From Phoronis australis (taxonomy: Eukaryota; Animalia; Phoronida), in assembly GCA_002633005.1 (NCBI GenBank), contig NMRA01000057.1, positions 1,186,015-1,250,014 on the forward strand: DNA of 64,000 nucleotides, read 5' to 3'. How positions within the stretch are numbered: position 1 is the stretch's first letter; the number at the start of each line of letters is the position of its first letter. Shown piece by piece: positions 41,267 through 53,300 of this stretch. The translations under genes were made by a program, and so were the position numbers. Under the pieces are notes generated by a model. It saw only the letters and a program-made list of their open reading frames with translations, did not search any database and was not told the origin of the DNA.

Positions 41267-41352
41267 TCAACCGGTGGTAGAGATCATCGCCATCCCAACA
41301 AAGGCTGCGCCGAGTAAGATTTTGCTTGGAATATCGTCACATCCAGCTGACA
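41267..41352 (-). CDS. Gene A terminal exon, putative GPI-anchor signal VSAGCDDIPSKILLGAAFVGMAMISTTG*
   Basis: Strong acceptor TTCTTCTTCCAG. The phase-1 reading gives small residues (S-A-G), a polar spacer, a hydrophobic tail and a stop, with no cytoplasmic segment. Confidence 0.6.
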
Positions 41353-44300
41353 CTGGAAGAAGAAGTCAATCGCATGTACACGTACGCTTATTTATAGAAT
41401 TTTGACTGAAATAGATGGAATCAGACCACCTTAAGGTGTACTTTGCCCAGGTAGAGATCAAATTGTGTTCTGTTTGAAGTGAATCTTGAGGTCGTATTAA
41501 CTGGAATCATATACGGTGAACTCCAGTAATCTGGAATCAATGAAGGGTTATCATACGTGTACGTTTTTACAAAGACCACTTGTTGGGCAAGTTTAGAAGT
41601 GACGAAAGTCAGAGATTAGGGACTGGATACAAACTTACAATATGGTGGAAAGACCTTCAAGTTTCATCTGGGACCTTAACAAGGATTTAATGGAATGAAA
41701 CGTTTTGACAGCGAGCGCGTCAGACTGCACACGCAAAGGTTGATACTGAGGTTTCATGTTTAAGGATAGAATGCGGTGCCAGTCCCAGTGTGGGGTGGTC
41801 AAAGTTCATGTATTGCTATCTTCTACTTACCTCAAGCTTAGGTAAGATGTTTAATCTATTGAATACACTGGCGGGGAAGAACCCCCCTAAATATACCTAT
41901 GGCATGTGAACAATGTTAAACTTTTAGTGATTAAGAAGCCAAAACTTGGTAGACTTGCGGGTAAAGTGTTTGACTTGGCGATCAGTTTTAACGAGAATCC
42001 AATGGTCCAATGGTCACAGTTGTATGGTTTCTAATGCGCCAAAAAGATGCTGCCGCATTCGTGCGAACTTTGAAAGGAGATGAAAATTAATAAATTCGCC
42101 TGTTTCCTTTTGAAATGAATGAAGGCGGTAGACTGTATTTGATGCAGCTCTTCAGATATCTGTTACAACTTAGTTTTGTACAAATCAGATATTTAATTTA
42201 ACTTCAGTTTGAAGGCGTCAGACGAATTAATCACAGCTAAAAGGTTCCAATTTGAGTTACCAGAAGTACATCGAACTGAATGAATTGTACATTTTGAAGG
42301 CTTCACGATTTCATGTAATTATTTTGTCCAATTATGTACATGTACTTTTCAAAACTATTCTTCGGAATGTGCTAAGCAAAGTGGAAATGAACATGTCATG
42401 TTACAGTAGAGAGCCACAACTGTTTGAATATCGAGCTGGGGTGTACCTGTGTTTACACTCCGATGGCATATCATTTCCGACTTAAGGTTTGTGATTTCTC
42501 TATGACATAAATTGAGGACAAAAAGGCAAACGTATTCCCTACTTTGTCCACTTAAATGTCCCATTTTTCCATGAAACAGCGCAGGGCACGCGCCCAACGC
42601 CAGCATATGATTGGTACAGCGACATTATTCCGATTTAGGTCTGACATCAATCGGAATTATATCTGACATAATTCGCGAATGATATCGCACATGATTTACT
42701 AATGCCATCCAGAATTTTATTTATGTCAGACATAAGTAACATTCATTCCGCTATTCAGTTCAAATCTGAAATCAAACGTATTCATGTGTGACGTAAGTCA
42801 GCCAATTAATACCGTTGATACAGTCATTGCTTCATTTATTAGTCCGCAATGTCTCCACCTGTATAACGCTTTCGATGTTCACACTCTTCTGCCGTTAGCC
42901 ACATGGGCGAACGTTAGGCACATCAAGTATATGTATGTGCGTCAAATAGTTTTTAACGATATAAATTGACGGGGTTGATTAATTAGTTGCTACGTAAATT
43001 GCCCTTTAACGGCGTTAATCAATTTTATGCGGATTAAAATAAGTTATAACGGTGTAAATTGATTATTTTTAGGGCAAACACCTCGTTGGCTAAATGGGTG
43101 AACGTTACGCATGTGAATTAGTTACAGTTTACACCATTAAAATTAACTTACTTAGTAAACAATTAATTTACGGTGTTCAAAGTTAATTTAGGTGTTAATA
43201 AAAAAGTAATTTCCACATGTAATTTTAATTTTCGTGCGTAACATGCGCCCATTTGACCAGCAATACTCTTCAACTCTGGCACATCTGTGTAAGGCCTTAT
43301 TACCGCAGGACCAACTGCATGAAAACATCTCTTCTGAGTTAGTTGCATGTGTCATCTTCTATTGGTACTGTTCAAGCAAGCCAAGTTCTGATGTGGTAAG
43401 CAGAATAAGAATACTGAATCATTCTCTTATTTTCATGGCGTGTATCTGATTTACACCGTCAAAAGTTCAGGACAGAAATACTACGCTAACATTTGAGGTT
43501 ATATTACCTAAACGTCTAAGCGAGACTGCGTCAAGCAGTGACCAACCCATCCAATCCATTTATAAATTAATTCTCCAAGCTTAGCCGCGTTGTTAATGAG
43601 ACACCATTCGCTAATTTCTCATATGACACGTCGATTTTAAAAATTCAAACACGGCTACTAGTCATTTCGATTTTAAAAATATTCATGTTGGTCATTTGCT
43701 TTACTTATCGTTAGCATAAGAGTTGCGTAATGAACATGTCAACACTACACGTGCACTGTTGCGGTATGCTGTCATGAGTAAAGCGTTTTTACAACGGTAT
43801 TAAAATTTCATAGAGACATTAATTCTATGCCATGTTAGGCTGCCGTTTCTTACACGTATTTTATAGCATACATGAGGGACCTAACCGAGAAATATAATCC
43901 AAGTTCCTAAAACTGATGGAGTCATATGTTTTCCAAAGGGATTAAGTCACCCGAACAAAAATGTTTATGGTAAAGTCATGTTAGAAAAAACGCACCACAG
44001 TCACACGAAACTATTACTCAGCAGTGTTTGGGTAGGGAGAAGGTCGTTGTAAAGCTCAAAATCACGAAGTAGGAGAGTTAAACCACGATACAATACCGAT
44101 TTTCCAATTTCGTAAACCATTTTTGAAACATTTGGAAAAATGTGTTACAAATTGTAAAATAGTTTGTAGACCAAAAGCAATGAGGCATCCTTCACACGTA
44201 GGCCTGCTGTTATCCACAGAAATGGTCACAAGACAGTAGATTAAGAAAAAAATAAGGAGACTTGATATCTTTCTTGTGTTCAGCCAGTACATGTATATGA

Positions 44301-47300
44301 TGCGAAAATTCGAAGGATCATACCAACATACATGTAAAACTGACGGCAGTCGTTATATTTTACCTGTTTTCCATTTTGTACGTGTCTTTCAAATTTAATC
44401 TAACTAGAGTTTTTAGTGTTGACTACACAAGGCTTTGTTAGCATCTTTCTTGTGTTCAGCCAGTCTGTGTATGCGAAATTGCAGTGGTCATGCAAACGTA
44501 AAATTCACGGCAATTGGTATAGTTCACATCACTACACTAAAATGACAATAACTGGGACAAAAGTTTAGATAATATTCACATACAGGAACTCCATGCTGAG
44601 AGATCACTCAATAGCAATTATGTCGAAACATACAGCCTGGAGTCCCAATAGATTTTTAATTTAGAGAGATCTTGTGCCATGCATTGCGATGTGAAGTGAA
44701 TACTCTGATACGATAGTTTGTTTTCTGTCTACTACAATACCTGAGGAAGATCATTGATCGCTATCGAAATGTTGTTTTCATGCTAGATTCTTGTGTAATT
44801 TTTTTGCTCATTTTATGTCTCGTGTCGTTTCATTGGCCAAAAACTAATATTAAGCGGCAGAATATTTACCGATGAATATTCAAACGTCGATTTCGTGCTG
44901 CACTCTAGCGTCTTTTTTCAGCATTTTTTACTTCACATTTCCCCAAAAACTAATATTATTCATTTCTAAGCGGCATATGATCTGCCTACTACTAAGCTGT
45001 CTTCGGTGTACAAAGTTAATTTAGAGTTAGAGAAAAATATTTCATACCTCTACCTTCACCATTTCCAGTTGGCGTAATGGTATCTGTAAATCACAACTTA
45101 GCTATAAAGTAAGTATTGCTACATATATCTTAAAGTGAAAGTTTAGTTTCGACACACATGAAAATCCAAGTGGTGAAAAGTTACTGCGTGTGAATTAGAT
45201 TATATTGTGTATTCCATTTAACAAGTATAGCATTTTTGGAGTACACGTTTTGGATTAAGTACGCCAGAGTAAAAACCAATGGAAACAAATTCGCATCCAT
45301 AAAATTTTAAGGTTAACGGATCTTTAGAGAAAATTCCCTTCTGCACATTGACCTTTCAGGGTTAAAGCACGAAACAGTCCTGATTTTCCAATTTAGTAAA
45401 CCATTTCTGCAACATTTGAAAAAATGTGTTACAAAATGTAAAAATAGTCCTAATGCAATGGGACATCCTCTACACGTATGCGTGCTGTAATCCACAGAAG
45501 TGGTCACACCGCAGTAGATCAAGGAAAAACTAATTCTTGAGAGATTTCCAGTTTAGAAAAACAACTCGAACTACGTTGATAAGAAAATGATGCTACGAAC
45601 TGTTCTTGTGAAAGCGGCATGTCAGCACGGGACGTTGAAGTTCTACATGTGTGTAATCACTGAACCACGTTAATTTTTGAATGTGAGAAACATTTTGACA
45701 TACCAGCAAATTATACGTTGATAAGAAAATGATGCTACGAACTGCTCTTGTGAAAACGGTATGTTATATGGGGACGTTGAAGGTCATTGTAATCACTGAA
45801 CAATGTTAATTTTTGAATGTGAGAAACATTTTGAAATACCTCCACCTCCTCCAGTTTCAGTTGGCGTAACTGTAGCTGAAATCGTAACATGTTTTTAGTT
45901 ATAAACTAAGTATTAATACATATATCTACAAGTACATTTGTAAAAGTTGAGTCTCGAGACAAATGGAAACGCAAGTGATGAAAAGTTACTGTGTGTGAAT
46001 GAAACTGAAACACGAGCACTTAGTAATTTAAAAAGTAATTTCAGAGTTGAGAGAATGGATACCAAGTGCTTTGTTAGCATCATTCTTGTGTTCAGCCAGT
46101 CTATGATGCAAAATTCGGGTGGTCATGCCAAAGTAAAACTCTATGCAATCGTTATTGTTCATCTGACCACATTAAAGGGCTTCCTGGGATTAATAATTTT
46201 GATCATGACTATAAATATGTTAAAGTTTTAATCCATGAGGCTATTCACATACAGGCCCTCAATGCTGAGAGGTTACTCAATAGCAGTGTTGGAACATCCA
46301 CGTTGGACTGGTGGTAGAATTTTTAGTTGACCGATCTCGTGCCATGCATTGCGATGTGATGTGAACACTCTGATACGATGGTTTGTTTTCTGTTTACTAC
46401 AGTACCTGAGGAACATAATTGATCGGCATCGAAACGTTGTTTTCATGCTAGATTCCTGCGTTATCTTTGCTTCACATATTTGCTTCTCGTTTCATTGGCC
46501 AAAAACTAATATTAAGTGGCAGAATAATTATCGATTAATATTCAAACGTCGTTTTCATGCTGCACTCTAGCGTCCTTTTTATTTTTACTATTAAGTTCTT
46601 GTCTTAGGTGAACAAAGTGTATTTTGAGTTAGAGAAAAATGTTTCATACCTCCACTTTCTCCATTTCCAGTTGGCATAATCGTATCTGTAAATCATAACT
46701 TAGTTTTAAAATACATGTAAGTATTGCGACATATCTTTAAGTGAAAGTTGAGTCTCGATACAAATGGAAACCCAAGTGGTGAAAAGTTACTGCGTGTGAA
46801 CTATATTTTATAGTGTTTTCGATTTAACAAGTATAGCATTTTCGCAGTACACGTTTTGGATTAAGTACGCCAGAGTAAAAACCAATGAAAACACATTCGC
46901 ATCCATACAATTTTGGGGTTTTACAGATCTTCAGAGGAACTTCCCTTCCGCACATTGATCTTTCAAAGTTAAAGTACGATACATGTACAATATTGATTTT
47001 CCAATTTCTTAAATCATTTCTGCATCATTTGGAAAACATATTACAAAATGTCAAAATACATGTAGTCCTAATCCAATAGAACATCATCTACACGCATGAT
47101 TGCTGTAATCCACAGAAGTGGTCACACCACAGTAGATCAAGGAAAAATGAACTACTGAGAGATTTGCAATTTAGAACAACAACTCAAACTGCCTTGATAA
47201 GAACATGATGCTACGAACTGTTCTTGTGAAAACGGCATGTTATCTGGGGAAGTTGAAGGTCATTGTAATCACTGAACAATGTTAATTTTTTAATATGAGA

Positions 47301-50300
47301 GACATTTTGACATACCTCCACCTCCGCCAGTTCCAGTTGGCTTTACTGTTGCTGAAAATCGTTACTTAGTTTTAAAATAAGTATTGTTACGCATATCTAC
47401 AAGTAAAAGTTGAGTGTCTTTACGAATGGAAACGCAAGTGAGGAAAAGTTACTGTGCGTGAATGAAATTGAAACACGAGCACTTAGTAATCTAAATATTG
47501 TTTTTCAGTGTTGATAGAATGAATACCCAGTGCTTTCTTAGCATCATTCTTGTGTTCAGCCAGTCTATGACGCAATATTTGGGTGGTCATGCCAAAGTAA
47601 ATCTCAAAACAAACGTTATTGTTCATCTGACCACATTAAAGGCCTTCTGGGGTTAATGTTTTTGATCATGACTATAAGTATGTCAAACTTTTAATCCATG
47701 AGGCTATTCACATGCAGGCCATCAATGCTGAGAAGTCACTCAATTGCAGTGCTGGAACATACACGTTGGAGTCGTGATAGAGTTTTTAGTTGACATGCAT
47801 TGTGATGTGAAGTGAATACTCTGTTAAAATAGTTTGCTTTCTTTCTACCATTGTACCTGAGGAAGATGATTGATTAGAATCGGAAAGTTATTTTCATGAT
47901 GCATTCTTTCGTCTTTTTGTTTGCATACGTTACTTCTTATTGTGTCAAAATCCAATAATGTTCTCGTGAAAGCAACATATGGTCGGAATACTATTAAGCT
48001 CTCTCTTCAGTGAAAAATTTAATTTTGAATAATTACGAAAACAGTATGTCATACCTCCACCTTCTACATGTTGCGTGGGCTTAATGCTATCTATAAATCA
48101 AAATTTAGTGGCACAATATCCAAGACTTATATAGTATTGAAAGTTGAGGTTCGAAATCAATGGAAACCCTAGTGACAAAAGGTTACTGTGTGTGTGTAAT
48201 GCTAAGCCTCGAAAACAACGTGCCTGGGATATTTACTTTTTCAAATTTACATTAAACTGAAAGAAATTAGGATATTGAATTGTATTGCAAAAGGCCTTCA
48301 TCAAACTTTTTGACTAGGAACAAACTAGTTCCGCCAGTTGTTAGAGACCGGGTGTCTTAACCTGTCTGACTTTGTCATAGTGCTAGCGCGTGGGTTAGTC
48401 CTGAAAATATCATTGCAACAAGTTCCATGGCTGAGCATAATTACTTGCGAGCAAATGATGATCTAACAAAACCTCCAAAATATGTTTACAGTGAAATATT
48501 ACACAGGACACCAGATTATGGAATAATGTTCAACGTGTTTCTCTACTTTGATAGCATGCAAAGAAAAGCCGTAGACCATAGTCCCAGCTCTCCTACCTTT
48601 CACCTCCGTGGCCATTTTCTGGTGGCAACGGGAACTTTACATTAAGCCCATCTACAGATGTTCAAAAGTCAATTTCAAAAAAGTTAAGTTCCCAAGAATA
48701 CACTTGCACGTTTAGTTACAATTTTGATTTAAAAGGTGGAAAAATATAACTTCAACTAATGTGTTAGCCACCAGGTAGCAGTGCAAAATGATCCAAACAG
48801 CCAATCAAATGTCAGAAAAATATTGTCTCTATAATTTCCCCTTCAAAAGTCGTCTGCCTGGCATGAAAACATTTATCAGAGGACAGTAAGCTGACGTTAT
48901 CCTGCTGGTTTAGCTAGCTTGTTTACTGCAACTGACTACATTAGATAGTATAATTCTTGGATGGGTATGCAAGTAATAGGCAATTACCAAGGGCCAAGGC
49001 TCAAAAACCAGCAGGCAGCAGTTAGGAATTGAGACTTTCTACTAAATGCACGTTGTTGACTGAGAACAGGGCTTAGTGCTCTAACACAATTTAAGTAGCA
49101 AATTACCGGTCTCCCTAACGGCCTCAGTTTCAGCGTACAGAGTAGCCTGCCTGTTGGAAACTTGACATCTGAACTGTACACCAACATCAGCTGTGTCCAA
49201 CTTGACCGTCAGTATACTGTTGCCGTTAGTGGTTCCATCATTGTTGTCGGTGGTAGTCAAGGTAACATTCTCCGTTACATCTGTGTATGCACCGCTATCA
49301 ATCCGACGTGACCACACCATAGATGCCTGTGGTTTGCCCAAGTTAGCCGTACATGTGAGGATAGTTGGTCTTGCTCCACCAGCAACATACACCGGGGCTC
49401 CTGATATAGATGGCGTGCCTGGGAGGACTGGGGAAGCAAAACAAATTAACATGACACAGGTGGTAGGCTTGTCACAAAAACACTCATAATAAAATGGTGT
49501 TATGTTGTCAAGAACAAATGGTCAAGTGTGTGGGTGGGAAACTTGGAAAAAAACATTTTTTCTTCAAAATTAACATAATGACTTTTTCACAAAAAATTGC
49601 TTTTTTATGTATTTATTATCATTTACAAACAATTACAAAAACAAACAAACAAATAAGTACACCATTCATTCACGCATGCACACCTCAGGAAGACCATTCT
49701 CATATCTCGTTTAAAGTAAATATCTTCTACATGAAGTTAACATGAACAATAAATTTTTCCCATTTTGCAGAGAAGCTGTCATGTACAAAGATTTTATATG
49801 CATTTAATTTTTCAGCTTTATAGTATTCATAAGTTTTTGTAACGAACTTGAGAAAATTAGGTATATTTTTGTGACATCTCTCTTTGTAAATGTACTGTTT
49901 AGCTAGTAGAAGCAAAATGTTAAATAGAAAATCATGCGTCTTGTAAAGTCCAAGAATAACAATATCGTAAGACAGACAGTTAGGAAGCTGAATGCCACAC
50001 TTTTGAAGTAGCTTTCCGAATTCCATCCAGAAATCTTGTACAAAGCTACATTCCCAAAAAAGGTGTGACAGCGTCTCTGGAGCTTTATTACAAAAGTAAC
50101 ATAGATCAGAATCCCTAACACATATTTTGACTAAAAAGGTATTTGTTGCGATAATTCTATGTAGTATTCTAAATTGGAACCATCTAATATGGGGATCCTT
50201 TGTAATTTTGTAAGGTAAAGCATATATTTTCTTCCAATCTAAACTATCTCCTAGCTCTATTTCCCATTTGGACTCTGACTTAGGTTTCTTAACGTTATTA

Positions 50301-53300
50301 AAGACTGAACAAATATGTCTACAACCCTTCAAATCTTTCCGTAAGTGAGTAATTGCTAAAGGCATGCAAGGAGAGTAGACATTAACACTTTTAAATTTAC
50401 TTTGAAATAGACTTTTTTGAAACCTTCTTAGAACAGAAACAACACCATTATATTCTATAAACTTAGTTTTCACGTCGAACCTATTTTTCATATTGTTTAG
50501 ACTAACAAAATCACCATCAGAGGTATACATATCTCTAATAAATCTTAAGCCTTTTACAAACCAAGGCTTATAAAAAACACCTGTGCCTCCGATCGCCAAG
50601 TTACTATTAAACCACAAAGGTTGGTTCAAAAAGTCCTCTTTACTTGCAACAATTATTTTCTTGTAGAAAGATAACATAGTTTCAAATACGTCGCGCCAGT
50701 AGGAATTACCAATTAGAGTTAGATGTTATGACATTCATTTTATATTAGCTAACTGAAATTTCAAAAACTAAGAAAATGCATGGTGGGAACTCTTAAATAT
50801 AAAACTTAAATTTGTCTCACGTCCGCTAGAAGAAGGGGATCTTAAGTTTGATGTTGTAAGAGTTTGACTTAATTTGTCTCAGTTTGGACAAACTGACGAT
50901 AAGTGAAAAACCAGTTTCTTAGCACGGGCCTCTGAACTACTGTTCCTTCAATTTAGTGATTCCAACTTCGATCTCGTGCGGTGAGATTGTACTGCAAACG
51001 CGTAGCACTCGTTTGAATGTGTTTGGTAGTTTGGTAGTTATTCCTATGGAGATTACTATCGCTAAAACTTTTCGCAAATCCGACGTTTTTCAACCGCACT
51101 GCGTAAAAGTCACTTAAAATTAGAAAGCCTTTATCAATTCTTAATGGTGCATGATTATCATGCCGCTCGGGTGACAGGTTTAAAACATAGAGGTCAAATC
51201 GGTCACCTGCAGGTCTCCATTACGACCTCAGATTGTCTTTGACTACCTGGGAAAAATCTTAAGTTGCCAATGTGAGTATCACAAAGTCCGCTGAAAATTG
51301 TTTCAAAGTCAGTTTTTACTTTCAAACTTTAACGTACATTTACTCACAATCTTTCTAGATTTACTAACTTTCGTTTGCAATTCTTCCGTTTATGTAGTGC
51401 AATCAGTGCATTTGCCACCACAAACAATCAGCCCCTGCGTTCAGAATATTTCCAACCTTATTCACAAAAATTGGCCATTTTTACAATATTGCACTTGTGT
51501 CTAGCAAAATACCTTATGTTCATTCTCGGGGAACTTCAAATACAGAATATATACCGCGTTGCGACGAGAAAAAAATTTAGCAGCACCATCTTGGAACCGC
51601 ACAACCACCTGACGTGGATATTTGTTTACTACTTATCCAAGGTCAAATGTTAAAGGGCTTTCAATTAAATCGAATCTCCCTCCAGGTACAGAAGCTATGA
51701 AATTAGGCATCATTTGATTAATAAATAAAATAATCCATGAAAACTGAAATTCACAGTGGTAACACTCGCGACTAGACCATGCCAAGGAAAAGAACAAAGC
51801 TACACGTATTCCATAACAAGCGTACACCCAGCCTTTATTATGGGGGGCTCGAATTTCTGGCGATGTGGACCTTTTGAAGACAAAAAACCGACAGGACTAA
51901 AAAATTTACAACCGTCAGAACTGTGACCTACTGCACATGTATGCGTCTGCGACTGATTCTTACAAGAAATTGTTACTGACATGATCAGAAAGTTATTATT
52001 TTAAAAATATTCTAGATGAGAACAATGAATGCTGCAAACATTTCGTAAAACTGTGCCTGAAAGCAGTTATCAAGAGTCTTCTGCAATTAATTGCTGATTC
52101 AAATTGCAGAGATGTGTATTAACTAAAGGATATAGTTAAATCGTCATTATTTTCAGCAGGTTAAAAAGCTTTCACAAAGTTGTCTAAAATAACAGTTTTG
52201 GCAATCATCGGGTAAAATAACTGAATAATTACCATAGCAATGACACAAAAACATAACTTACAGTCCACAACAAGCCGGACGTTTAAAGATTCAGTTTTAG
52301 AGATAGTGGTCACTTTCACAATGTACTGGCCTTCATCGTCAGGTCTAACTTGTGACAAAGTGATGCTGAAGTTGGTTTTCCCAGCAGAGTAGTCTGTAGA
52401 GCCACGAGATGCATAGCCACCGATGAACTTTCCTTCCATAATCGCTTGAGAGAGTGGCTCAGTGAAAGGGGCTTCAAACACATCAGTTGAGTCTTTCGCC
52501 AAATTTACCCTGCGAAAGGTTTCACCACTCCTCAGTTCATAACTTATCCTGAACGTAGCATTTCCACCGTTGACACCAATGACTTCACCTGTCGAAGTAA
52601 CACTCAGGGCAGAAACAGCAATATCTGAAAGAGCGAAAAGTATGAATCTTACTGTATATTCAAACTTCCGTGCACAAAGTGTGTCATGCATTGGTTCCTG
52701 TACCAATTGTTGATACAAAACTGTCAATCTACATCATCAAGTTTGAAATCAAATAGTGTGGCGTTCTTAACAAATCACCTATACGTAGTGAAACAGCCTT
52801 AGAGAACGCACGGTTTTAGCACTTTTGCTGACAACTGTACATAGATGAATCATACTATACCTAGAAACTTCACCCTCGCAAGTCACTTATACTTGACATT
52901 ACCCAAATGTAATTTAGATAGCTTGAGAGTTGGCTCAAAATCTAGAGATGTAGAATTGCTTCCAACTTGAACAAATAAGTGCTCCCGCAAACAACAATTA
53001 TTTCCAAACACTCCTCTCTTCAATTACCAGAATCTGGAACTTAGATATTTGTGTTTTATTGCATTATTGTTATCAGCTAAATCACAAGCAAGGTTCATAT
53101 TCGGTGACCACTTTTGGTGAAAAATGAAGGTTCTAATATAACTATAGGTTAATTTAAAGTACCATCATTCCAGGTCGGTAATCAAAAGTCTTTTTGCAGC
53201 AGAACCAACGAATAAAATTTTATGGCCAGATGCATCACAGTTGGAAGAAAGGGTGTGTACAGGACAACTTGTTGTCACAACCCATTCCTGCCATTCAAAA

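Larger units (their letters stand above)
44080..48200. repeat. Degenerate tandem array of alternating ~0.8 kb and ~0.65 kb units, each carrying one micro-exon
   Basis: Recurring blocks (TTCTTGTGTTCAGCCAGTCTATGATG; CTGTAATCCACAGAAGTGGTCAC; AAATGGAAACCCAAGTG); exon spacings 739, 666, 810, 792. Confidence 0.85.

Noticed and set aside
48604-48651. Possible 48-nt in-frame exon (DGLNVKFPLPPENGHG)
   Set aside because: Weak GTGAAA donor and poor pyrimidine tract; the donor is deleted in the homologous segment at ~13070; left out of the model
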